Below, one piece after another: positions 51,748 through 60,629 of a stretch of DNA of 64,000 bases; within the stretch, counting starts at the first letter, position 1; each line of letters starts with the position of its first letter. Both the position numbers and the translations under genes were made by a program. Source of the DNA: an uncultured Pseudomonadales bacterium (GTDB taxonomy: Bacteria; Patescibacteriota; Microgenomatia; UBA1400; UBA1396); NCBI GenBank assembly GCA_964603945.1, contig CAZRWP010000005.1, forward strand, positions 432 through 64,431. Reading direction: 5' to 3'. Under the pieces are notes generated by a model. That model searched no databases, was not told the DNA's origin, and saw nothing but the letters and a program-made list of their open reading frames with translations.

Positions 51748-52650
51748 ATGTCAGCAGAACAACAACCACCAACAGGCGAAGCCGTACAAAGCTTGTACAG
51801 CGGCGTCGATCATAATGCCAGCTGGGAGCGGAGCTACAACGCAGACGGTCGGGTCTTTATAAATCCACGTCGATTGCACGAAGCTTGGGAGGAGTTTCAG
51901 CAGAACTCACAGCGCCATGGTCGCCGTCGAGCAATCATGCGGTGTTACGTGACCCAAGAGGTGCTCAATCACAGTTCTCATTTACCGATTGAAGCAGTCG
52001 TTCCCATGGGAAACGAGTACTTGATTTGGATTGGACAGAATCAACACCCTCAAGTGTCCACCCAGGGACCTTACGCGAGCCGCACACCGTCTGAGTCCAC
52101 GCCCTTACATCGTGAGTACTACCTAGATACAGAGGTCAACAGCAGCGATATAGATCAATTAATTGAGTTGTGGGGGCAGTTTGGCTGGACACCACAAGCC
52201 ATCCGTAACTTTGTACGCAACAATGCCAACGGCAACCCCATTGCCCTCATTCGCACCATGGAGCAAGAGGCCGTCGGCGTGATGATTGCCGAGTCGGCGG
52301 AGTTTGGCGCCCATCGGTTGGTCGAAATCACCGAACTGGCGGTTCATCCCGACCATCGTGGGCAACATTTGGCCAGTGTGCTGATTCGAGAACTTTCGCG
52401 ACTGAGTTTGGAACGCTGGGAAGATGCTTTGGTTTTTGGTGAATACAACCTGACCACCCGTTCATACCAATCCGCTGCCCGAGCAAGCCAACTACCAGCA
52501 GTAACCGGAAGGGTGGATGGCGTTCTCCGTGATCACGTGGGAATCACAACCGGCGAGGGAAATCAGGTGATTGCTCCATGGGACACCCAGTGGCTGCACA
52601 ACTTCCTGGTGATGTACCAACCCAACCGCCGACTCCATCGTTATCGTTAA
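51748..52650 (+). CDS. GNAT-family N-acetyltransferase with unrecognised N-terminal domain
   Basis: AVGVMIAE...LVEITELAVHPDHRGQHLASVLIREL (GNAT beta4 and motif A); purine-rich RBS upstream. Confidence 0.78.
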   Translation: MSAEQQPPTGEAVQSLYSGVDHNASWERSYNADGRVFINPRRLHEAWEEFQQNSQRHGRRRAIMRCYVTQEVLNHSSHLPIEAVVPMGNEYLIWIGQNQHPQVSTQGPYASRTPSESTPLHREYYLDTEVNSSDIDQLIELWGQFGWTPQAIRNFVRNNANGNPIALIRTMEQEAVGVMIAESAEFGAHRLVEITELAVHPDHRGQHLASVLIRELSRLSLERWEDALVFGEYNLTTRSYQSAARASQLPAVTGRVDGVLRDHVGITTGEGNQVIAPWDTQWLHNFLVMYQPNRRLHRYR

Positions 52651-52677
52651 TGAAGTAAAAGGAACACAAGAAACACT

Positions 52678-53682
52678 ATGAACATTTATTATAACTCACT
52701 CCACCATCGACATCGGCCACCCAACGAAATCTTCAATGGCAATCGCGATCCGCACCAAGAGGTGCCAGAACGCATTGATCACATTGTCAGTGCCTTGGAG
52801 GATATCAACCATACACTCATTGACACTCAACCCAGCGAGCAAGAGCAGCAAGACCTACTCACCGTACTCCATGAACTCCACACACGTGATTACCTGGGGT
52901 ACCTCCAAAACACCGAGTTTGGGGAAGAGTGCGTGTATCCAAGTGTGTTTTCGTATCGTCCAGAGGAACCTGCCTCAACACATCCGGTGGCCCAACGCGG
53001 GTTTTTCAGTTTCGATACGTACACTCCACTCAGTAGCACAACATTCCTGGCTGCGTTGCAGTCCGCTTACTTAGCACAACGGGCAGCCCTGGAAACGCTC
53101 AGCCATACTGGAGTTCAGTACGCACTCTGCCGGCCACCTGGTCACCACGCGGAATCAGCCCGCATGGGTGGATACTGCTACCTCAATAATGGCGCGGTGG
53201 CTGCCCAGACGTTGCGTAATGCGGATGAGCAGAATCGAGTAGCAATCCTGGACGTCGATTTTCATCATGGGAATGGGGCAGAGCAGATTTTTGGCGAAAC
53301 TGAGGAAATCCTGACCGTATCTTTGCATGCCGATCCCAATGAGCGCTTCCCGTTCTTCTCTGGACAAGAAACCGATGCCTACGTGAGCAACCACAACTTT
53401 CCATTGCCACTGGGTACAACCAATGCGCAGTACGAACAGGCGCTCGATGCGGCACTCGAACGCATCCAGCAGCACCGATCGTCGCACCTGGTGGTGTGCT
53501 TTGGAGCCGATACACACCAAAGTGATCCGATCGGTGGGTTTCTGCTTACCACGGACTTTTATACAACCATGGCCCGCCACATACGGGCCTTAGGCATTCC
53601 AACCGTCATCATCCAAGAGGGTGGCTACAACACCAGTGTTCTGGGCACCAACGTCGACGCCTTTTTGGCCGGCTTTCAGTAA
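52678..53682 (+). CDS. Zn-dependent deacetylase, HDAC family (acetylpolyamine amidohydrolase-like)
   Basis: EVPERI, FSFDTYTPL, YALCRPPGHHA, GGYCYLNN, LDVDFHHGNG, SLH, GADTHQSDP and QEGGY; catalytic and Zn ligands intact. Confidence 0.93.
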   Translation: MNIYYNSLHHRHRPPNEIFNGNRDPHQEVPERIDHIVSALEDINHTLIDTQPSEQEQQDLLTVLHELHTRDYLGYLQNTEFGEECVYPSVFSYRPEEPASTHPVAQRGFFSFDTYTPLSSTTFLAALQSAYLAQRAALETLSHTGVQYALCRPPGHHAESARMGGYCYLNNGAVAAQTLRNADEQNRVAILDVDFHHGNGAEQIFGETEEILTVSLHADPNERFPFFSGQETDAYVSNHNFPLPLGTTNAQYEQALDAALERIQQHRSSHLVVCFGADTHQSDPIGGFLLTTDFYTTMARHIRALGIPTVIIQEGGYNTSVLGTNVDAFLAGFQ

Positions 53683-53698
53683 ACTTTAGAGAGTACAT

Positions 53699-55207
53699 AT
53701 GGCACAATCCAGACTTCAAACCATGCGTGACGAACGCCTCGCAAAACTGCATCAACTGCAAGCATTGGGGATTCAAACCTACCCATCACACTCCCATCGG
53801 GACTACAGCAATCAGTATGCGGTTGAGAACTCCGCGCAACTCCAAGGTCAAACCCTTTCGCTGGTTGGGCGGGTCGTGTCTTTACGCCATCATGGCAAAT
53901 TAGCCTTCATTGATATCGAAGACGCGACCGGCTCAGTGCAGCTCTACGTAAAAAGAGATGTGTTGGAGCCACTGAACACTGAGCATCAAACCCTTGGATT
54001 TGAGCAACTCCGACTCCTGGATACCGGCGATTTTATTGAAGCTCGTGGCCAGATGACCACCACCAACAGCGGTCAAGTCTCGCTCATGCCTACCCACGTT
54101 CGATTACTGACCAAAGCGCTCAGGCCGCTGCCCACCCCACGTGATTTGGCCAGTGATCCTGAGTTTTTGTTTCGCCGCCGCTACGCCGATCTCGCCACCA
54201 ATGCCAGTCAACGCGCACTCTTTACGAGAAAAGCCGCATTCTGGCAAGCCAACCGTGATTTCCTGCAGCAAAATGGCTTTTTGGAAGTACAAGTGCCGGT
54301 ACTCGAACACGTCACCGGTGGCGCCGACGCGCGACCATTTGTCACGCATATGAATGCGCTGGATCAAGACTTTTTCTTACGCATCTCCACTGAGCTGTAC
54401 CAGAAAAGGCTCATTGGCGGCGGTTTTGAAAAAATCTATACGTTCGGCCCCAACTTTCGCAACGAGGGTATCAGTGACGAGCACTTACCCGAGTACTACC
54501 AGGTGGAATGGTACTGGGCCTATGCCGACTACAACGACAACATGGCATTAGTAGAAGAAATGTTCCAGTACATCGCCCAACAGGTCTACGGTACGTGCAC
54601 ATTTACCACCCGTGGGCATACGTTCCATCTAGACCAACCGTGGGAAAGAATCAGCTATCCCGACATCATTCAGGAGCGATTTGGTGTCGACATTTTTGAA
54701 ACACCAAATGATGAAATGCTGGCAATCATCCGACAGGCCGGTGTACACCTCACCGGTGCCATCAATCGCAATCGACTGATCGACAACCTGTGGAAACTCA
54801 TCCGCAAAGATATTTCTGGTCCGGCTTTCCTCATTAACGAGCCCGCCTTTATGTCACCCTTGTCGAAATCACGCCCTGATCGACCAGAATTGACCGAACG
54901 CTTCCACGTCATTATTGCCGGCAGCGAGCTCGGGAATGGCTACTCTGAGCTCAATAATCCACTGGAGCAATTTGATCGATTTCGAGACCAACAAGGCCAG
55001 CGCGATGATGGCGATGACGAAGCCCAGATGATGGATATCGATTACGTAGAAATGTTGGAGTACGGTATGCCGCCGACTTCCGGTTACGGCCACAGCGAGC
55101 GCATCTTCTGGTTTTTAGAAGATGTCACCTCCAAACAAGGAACGCTGTTCCCACCAGTCAAACACCGAGTTTCGTCGATTACGCGAACTATCTATGGGTT
55201 CGTGTAA
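53699..55207 (+). CDS. lysS: lysine--tRNA ligase, class II
   Basis: OB fold GRVVSLRHHGKLAFIDIED.TGSVQL, RRRYADL, GGADARPFVTH, LRISTELYQKRLIGGG, FRNEG, ELGNGYSELN and YGMPPTSG. Confidence 0.95.
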   Translation: MAQSRLQTMRDERLAKLHQLQALGIQTYPSHSHRDYSNQYAVENSAQLQGQTLSLVGRVVSLRHHGKLAFIDIEDATGSVQLYVKRDVLEPLNTEHQTLGFEQLRLLDTGDFIEARGQMTTTNSGQVSLMPTHVRLLTKALRPLPTPRDLASDPEFLFRRRYADLATNASQRALFTRKAAFWQANRDFLQQNGFLEVQVPVLEHVTGGADARPFVTHMNALDQDFFLRISTELYQKRLIGGGFEKIYTFGPNFRNEGISDEHLPEYYQVEWYWAYADYNDNMALVEEMFQYIAQQVYGTCTFTTRGHTFHLDQPWERISYPDIIQERFGVDIFETPNDEMLAIIRQAGVHLTGAINRNRLIDNLWKLIRKDISGPAFLINEPAFMSPLSKSRPDRPELTERFHVIIAGSELGNGYSELNNPLEQFDRFRDQQGQRDDGDDEAQMMDIDYVEMLEYGMPPTSGYGHSERIFWFLEDVTSKQGTLFPPVKHRVSSITRTIYGFV

Positions 55208-55397
55208 CGCTTACACATGCGGCGCAGTGGAGGGAGTGGAAGTGAAAACCTTGTTCACTTTAGACACTTGGAGATATTAGATAGGAATTGAAGCAGGTCC
55301 TAATAGCGTCTCGAACTCTACCCATTTTTCAATTTTCATGGCTATCATTTGAATAATGATATATTTTGTTATATTTAGTTAAAACAGAAAGGCTATT

Positions 55398-55641
55398 ATG
55401 CGAAATTTAAAAGTAGAGGTCGTAAAAATTCAAATCATTTGATGATCTTAATGATGACATAGATGGGATAGTTGTTGGTGAGGTTAAATACTCTTGGGAG
55501 CTCAGAAAGCAAGATAAGCAAAAAGGCGTTTTTGGATACAGAGACAGCTATGGAATATTACTCAACTATTGGCACTTAATGGAATTGCTCACTCAGCAAG
55601 AGGGTTTAAACGCCGGCCTTGAAGATTACGATAATGTGTAA
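55398..55641 (+). pseudogene. small hypothetical gene (~80 aa) with +1 frameshift in an A5 run (55424-55428)
   Basis: GAAAGG RBS then ATG 55398. Removing one A gives the continuous ORF MRNLKVEVVKFKSFDDLNDDIDG...LEDYDNV*; the span is 244 nt (3n+1). Confidence 0.45.
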
Positions 55642-55846
55642 ATGTTTCATTAACTCTTAACGCTAAGCTCGAGTTAGTATTATAATTCTAGGAGATGACC
55701 TTTTGTGATCATTAAAACAAAGTACTATAAGTAAATACTTGATATCCTGAGCGGGAGCTAATCGAACATATTTGTTTTAGAGTTAAATTTCAATATTCTC
55801 AATTATTGACAATTTGTAGCTTGCAACCTACAATTAAGAATAAATC

Positions 55847-56174
55847 ATGGAGATCCTAAAAACCGATATTTTCGACAAATGGTTGAAGAAAATAAAGGAC
55901 AAGAAAGCCAAAGCAATTATACAAGTCAATATTAACCGGCTAATGGAAGAAAACATCGGAAAAGCAAGGTCTGTTAGCGAAGGAGTCCATGAGAAGAAAA
56001 TTAACTACGGACCAGGATATAGACTCTATTTTTATAAACCATAATCAAAACATAATAGTTTTACTTTGTGGAGGAGACAAATCAACTCAACAAAATGATA
56101 TCAAGCAAGCTAAGCTTATTAGTAAAGAGATAAATAATGATCTGAAGGGAAAATATGAAGATAACAAATTATAA
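55847..56174 (+). pseudogene. RelE/HigB-like addiction-module killer toxin, frameshifted in a T5 run (56029-56033)
   Basis: First frame: FDKWLKKIKD.KAKAII...VSEGVHEKKINYGPGYRLYF. Second frame continues INHNQNIIVLLCGGDKSTQQNDI. Removing one T joins them. Confidence 0.85.
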
Positions 56175-56427
56175 CGCCACTGACTATTTAAAAACAGAAG
56201 AAGATATTAAAGAATACCTTAACGCTTCTTTTGCAACAGGGGATAATAAGCTTATTGCCAGAGCATTGGGCGATGTAGCAAAAATTAAAGGCATGAGCAA
56301 AATTGCCAAATCAACCAAGTTGGATAGAAGTAATTTATATAACTCACTCACTGTTGATGGAGATCCAAAATTGAGCACTCTAACTAAACTGATTGAAAGC
56401 TTTGGTTATACTTTTTCAATAAAATAA
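56155..56427 (+). CDS. addiction-module antidote, Xre-type HTH antitoxin
   Basis: YNATDYLKTEEDIKEYL, ALGDVAKIKGMSKIAK...RSNLYNSL..DGDPKLSTL. Overlaps the toxin 3' end. Confidence 0.9.
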   Translation: MKITNYNATDYLKTEEDIKEYLNASFATGDNKLIARALGDVAKIKGMSKIAKSTKLDRSNLYNSLTVDGDPKLSTLTKLIESFGYTFSIK

Positions 56428-56490
56428 CTTTCATCAGCTAAACTTTGCCAAAACTCCGATTGAAAATCATCCGATTATTTTTGATATTAT

Positions 56491-56797
56491 ATGTTAGTGC
56501 AATGGTTAGGAATATTAACAGGATTTTTTAGTGGGATGGTCTGGGAGATGATTGCCACCGCGCCTTATAAAAATCACCAAACATTAATTAATAGCATTTT
56601 GCTCGATAACTATAATAAGTTGATTCATTTACATCACTGGGTACTCTATTTTTTTTCTAATAATCCTTCTAGTCATTTGGTCTGCCCGAACTGATCGTCT
56701 CTTTCATCCTGCTGTTTTAATGATTATTTTCTTTTTATTGGGTGCCATCGCTTTCAATTATTATAAATATCAGGATTTTTTTATCTTTTTAAAGTAG
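56491..56797 (+). pseudogene. small membrane protein (HLHHW motif) frameshifted in a T8 run (56649-56656)
   Basis: Removing one T extends IHLHHWVLYFF into LIILLVIWSARTDRLFHPAVLMIIFFLLGAIAF...FLK*, adding two TM helices; the span is 307 nt (3n+1). Confidence 0.7.
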
Positions 56798-56858
56798 TCC
56801 AATATCAATTAATACTTTCAAATGTATCCGTTAAGCAATTACCTGCTAAAATTCCTTT

Positions 56859-57395
56859 GTGATAACTAAAACTAATCATATAAAAACAAATTCGCTCTTT
56901 GGAAATCTTCATCGACCCCAACACGTTTTGATTGTCTTGATTGATCAGGACGGTAACTTTCTTTTAGGTCATAAGCCAAATTTTTACCCAAGCGGCATTT
57001 ACCGTTTTGTAGGTGGTGGTGTAAAGAAGGATGAGGAACCAGACACAGCAGTTGAACGAGAATTTGAAGAAGAGCTTGGTCTCAAGCCATGCCAACAAAA
57101 ACTTAAATTTCTGGCTCAGGTGAATACGATTGCTAACTATAACAACCAAGAATATACAAACCAAACGTTTCTGTATCTATATCAACTTGATGGCGAAGAA
57201 GCATTCAAAGCTGGCGATGACATTGAAGATTTAATTAATTTTACTCCCTTGGAGCTTCAAGAACTAATTTATGATTACTATAAACTAGATGATGATAACT
57301 GGTTTATTGTTAATGGCGAACCAATTCACTGCTGGTCAGATTACGGAAAAATGTATGGCTATATACATCAAGTGGCTCTGGACTTAGTTAGTTAA
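56859..57395 (+). CDS. NUDIX hydrolase
   Basis: Nudix box GGGVKKDEEPDTAVEREFEEELGL; GTG start 6 nt after TAAAAT. Confidence 0.88.
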   Translation: MITKTNHIKTNSLFGNLHRPQHVLIVLIDQDGNFLLGHKPNFYPSGIYRFVGGGVKKDEEPDTAVEREFEEELGLKPCQQKLKFLAQVNTIANYNNQEYTNQTFLYLYQLDGEEAFKAGDDIEDLINFTPLELQELIYDYYKLDDDNWFIVNGEPIHCWSDYGKMYGYIHQVALDLVS

Positions 57396-57457
57396 TAATA
57401 AAGGGGAAAGTAATTTGATATATAAGGAATATTTATTTATATAATAAGATGATAAGT

Positions 57458-58105
57458 ATGAAATTACTCTTAACCTCGGCTGGCTTATCTAATCAATCAA
57501 TTGTCAAAGCATTATAGAATTTACTGGGCAAATCTGCCAATGGTGTGAAGTTAGCTTTTATCCCAACAGCAGCCAACGTCGAAGCTGGTGACAAGCATTG
57601 GATGATTGATGACTTTAATAATTGCCGCCAAGCTGGACTGGAAATTGATATCGTTGATATCTCTGCAACTGCTAAAGATGTCTGGCTACCAAGAATTCAA
57701 ACTACAGAAGTTTTGCTTTTTGGTGGCGGCAACACTTTTCATCTTAGACATTGGCTGAAAAAGTCGGGTCTTGAGGAAATATTGCCCGATTTACTTAAAT
57801 CTAGAGTTTATGTTGGTATCAGTGCCGGAAGCTGTATCGTTGGACCTACAATCTATAATTCCGTTCAAAATTTGTTTGGTGAAAAGTATGAATTAGAGAT
57901 AAAAGATGGATTAGGATTAGTTAGTCTCCAATTTATTCTCCATCTCAACTCAGATTATTTTGTTAAAATCCGCAAGGAAAATCTTAAAGTGGCGTCAAAG
58001 GATATCAAGGAGCCAGTCTATGCCTTGGACGATCAATCAGCTCTAATAGTTAATAACCAAGAAATCGAGGTCGTCAGTGAAGGTACTTGGTATCGTTTTA
58101 ACTAA
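57458..58105 (+). pseudogene. peptidase E (S51, class I glutamine amidotransferase-like) with in-frame TAG at codon 20 (57515-57517)
   Basis: ATG 57458 gives MKLLLTSAGLSNQSIVKAL*NLLGKSANGVKLAFIPTAA..., followed by GGGNTF, GISAGS, DGLGLV and LHLNS. Confidence 0.8.
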
Positions 58106-59232
58106 TTTTTAGGCTTTTTGGCATTAATTAACGGGTTATATTTAAGATTTAGTTTGATTTTGTCCCGTTCCTGCCAAATCAACCCAGCTACAAAAACTAG
58201 CACACCTAAAGCGGCCATGGCTTCCGCAAATTCGTTGACTATGACAGTGTCCCAATCAGCAAATCTATCTGCAGAATAGCCATATTCTGGAGTTAAATAG
58301 CGCTGAATTGACAACTGCAAAAAATAAATTGAGGTCACAAATCCGGGCAGCCAGCGAGAAACAATTTTCGCCTTGGCTTTAAACAACTTATCAGCCAGCA
58401 GCTTGAAAGCCGGCAGCACGGCTCCAGCCAAAATCCCAATCGCCACATAAGCCGGAACCACATGGTAGTAAATGCTTTTAAGATTATGCAATGTTATTTC
58501 ATGCTGAAGATTCTGCTCAGCGATAACGGCTGGCGTGGAGATGCCTAATATTCTTTGGCCCCATGAAACTTCTTCGCCGCCGATTACAAATAAACCAATC
58601 GCCGCCAAAAGCAAACCGAATTTAATTATTTTAGGCTCAATGTGCTGCTGCAGCCAAAAAAAGCCAAAACTGCTGATAATGAAAAACAGGGCAGTCGAGT
58701 ATTCAACAATTGAATCTTCCGCTATTAAGGTTAAAAATAGCTTGTTTTCAAATCTATATAAGTAGAGCATCAGACAGTAAAGCGGTATGGGCAGCAAGAA
58801 TGACAATATCTGGCCTCGCCGACGTAAATAACTCCATGGTAATGAAATTACGAAAAGCGAGGTCAGGATTATCGAAAAATATAATATTTCTTCGCCAAAA
58901 ATCCGATAAGCGGTAAAGCCATAATTAAACTCATAAATAAATTCCAGAAAATTAACCAGTAAACCCAACAGCAAGTGACTTATAGTCACAAGCAAAGTGA
59001 CGTCATGCACCTTGTGACTTACTAAACTAATCTTTTTGAAATCCAGTATCCTAATCATCAACAAACCAAAGGCGGCCAACAAATAAAAATAGCTTGAGGA
59101 AATGCCGATTCTTATCTGCCAATAGTCAGGAAATAACCGCCACTCTTGATACCCAACGATTAGTACACATAAAAACATGATTGATACAGCCAGTTGAGCG
59201 AAATATTCGCGAATCAAAGATTTATTAAGCAC
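58102..59232 (-). CDS. polytopic membrane protein of unknown function
   Basis: About 10 TM helices with conserved-looking EDSIVEY and GEEVSWGQR...NLQHEITLHN motifs. Confidence 0.78.
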   Translation of the reverse strand: MLNKSLIREYFAQLAVSIMFLCVLIVGYQEWRLFPDYWQIRIGISSSYFYLLAAFGLLMIRILDFKKISLVSHKVHDVTLLVTISHLLLGLLVNFLEFIYEFNYGFTAYRIFGEEILYFSIILTSLFVISLPWSYLRRRGQILSFLLPIPLYCLMLYLYRFENKLFLTLIAEDSIVEYSTALFFIISSFGFFWLQQHIEPKIIKFGLLLAAIGLFVIGGEEVSWGQRILGISTPAVIAEQNLQHEITLHNLKSIYYHVVPAYVAIGILAGAVLPAFKLLADKLFKAKAKIVSRWLPGFVTSIYFLQLSIQRYLTPEYGYSADRFADWDTVIVNEFAEAMAALGVLVFVAGLIWQERDKIKLNLKYNPLINAKKPKN

Positions 59233-59361
59233 TAAAGTAATTGTAACAATTTATTTATGATTGAACACTAAATAATTAAACTTAAAACGGAGCTACAATT
59301 AAACCAACGGTTATTGCTACAATCATCAAATAATCTTTAGACAAAAAGAAATGATATCTAA

Positions 59362-60588
59362 ATGCTAAAACGAATATTTATAATCTTGGCTATGTTTATA
59401 TGGGGAGTATTTTCTCTGATTCAACCAGCTATTGCCGATAGCCCAACCACCCTACATTTATTTTGGAGCAAGGGATGTCCGCATTGTGCTAAAGAAAAAG
59501 AGTTTTTGAATAAAATTGCACCAAAATATCAGAGTTTAATTGTTAAGGATTATGAAGTTTCCGGCGATCAAGCCAATGCTCGGCTATTAAGCCAGACTGG
59601 TCAAGCCTTACAAACAGAGGTTTCAGGCGTACCGTTTACCGTAATTGGCGATAAACATATTACTGGCTATTTTAATGATGAAAGCACTGGCCAGACAATC
59701 GAGTCCTTAATTCAAGAGTCACTTACAAATCCATCACGCGACGCAGTTGGTGATATCTTGTCAGCTTCAGAAGAGGAATCAAACAATCCCGCTGCCAACA
59801 CCAAGTCTCAAAATACACCTAACTCAGCCCAGCTTACTGACATCAACTTTAGTTTGCCCGTAGTTGGTACTATCAGCGCTGAAACTTTTTCTTTACCATT
59901 CCTGACTATTATTATTGCTTTTTTGGACGGATTCAATCCTTGCGCCATGTGGATTTTGATATTTCTAATCAGCTTACTGCTTAATATGCAGGATCGGCGC
60001 CGCATGTGGTTATTGGGCGGCACGTTTATTATGGCGTCATCGGTAGTTTATTTTCTGTTTCTAACTGCTTGGCTAAATTTCTTTTTACTGGCTGGCTTTA
60101 TCTCTTGGATTAGACTCCTGATAGGCTTGTTTGCGATTGGAGTTGGAATCTATCAATTGAGAGCTGTTTGGCAAAATCCTGATGGCGGTTGCAAGGTGGT
60201 AGATGGCAGTAAACGAAAAGTTTGGCTCGAACGAATGAAGTCAGTGGTTAGTGAACAACGACTCTGGCTGGCAATGGGTGGCATGATCGCCTTAGCGGCC
60301 GCGGTCAACATGGTAGAGCTGGTTTGTTCAGCTGGTCTACCGGCCATTTATACGCAAGTTCTGTCACTATCTGAACTGCCAACTTGGCAATATTACGCCT
60401 ATTTACTCCTATATATCTTAATTTTTATGTTGGATGATCTACTGATATTTTTCTTAGCCATGACAACCTTGCGTACGGTAGGAATTGAAGGCAAATACGC
60501 CAAGTATTCTCATCTGATTGGCGGGATTATCATCTTGATCTTGGGTATTCTGTTAGTTTTCAAGCCAGAATGGCTGATGTTTGGTTGA
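59362..60588 (+). CDS. exported thioredoxin/glutaredoxin domain fused to a CcdA/DsbD-like membrane domain
   Basis: Signal peptide, FWSKGCPHC and cis-Pro loop GVPF, then a TM domain with DGFNPCAMW and ELVCSAGLP. Confidence 0.82.
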   Translation: MLKRIFIILAMFIWGVFSLIQPAIADSPTTLHLFWSKGCPHCAKEKEFLNKIAPKYQSLIVKDYEVSGDQANARLLSQTGQALQTEVSGVPFTVIGDKHITGYFNDESTGQTIESLIQESLTNPSRDAVGDILSASEEESNNPAANTKSQNTPNSAQLTDINFSLPVVGTISAETFSLPFLTIIIAFLDGFNPCAMWILIFLISLLLNMQDRRRMWLLGGTFIMASSVVYFLFLTAWLNFFLLAGFISWIRLLIGLFAIGVGIYQLRAVWQNPDGGCKVVDGSKRKVWLERMKSVVSEQRLWLAMGGMIALAAAVNMVELVCSAGLPAIYTQVLSLSELPTWQYYAYLLLYILIFMLDDLLIFFLAMTTLRTVGIEGKYAKYSHLIGGIIILILGILLVFKPEWLMFG

Positions 60589-60629
60589 GCCTACAAATCT
60601 ATATAAAATCTTGCAATATGTTTGTGATT

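Noticed and set aside
51431-55093. Numerous alternative-frame and antisense ORFs of 60-143 aa inside the cassette
   Set aside because: Expected by-product of higher GC; they overlap well-supported genes and show no motifs.
55208-55330. Possible tRNA or structured RNA after lysS (hairpins GTGTAA/TTACAC and AAGTGAA/TTCACTT)
   Set aside because: No cloverleaf or T-loop consensus on either strand; two short hairpins are not enough to call an RNA gene.
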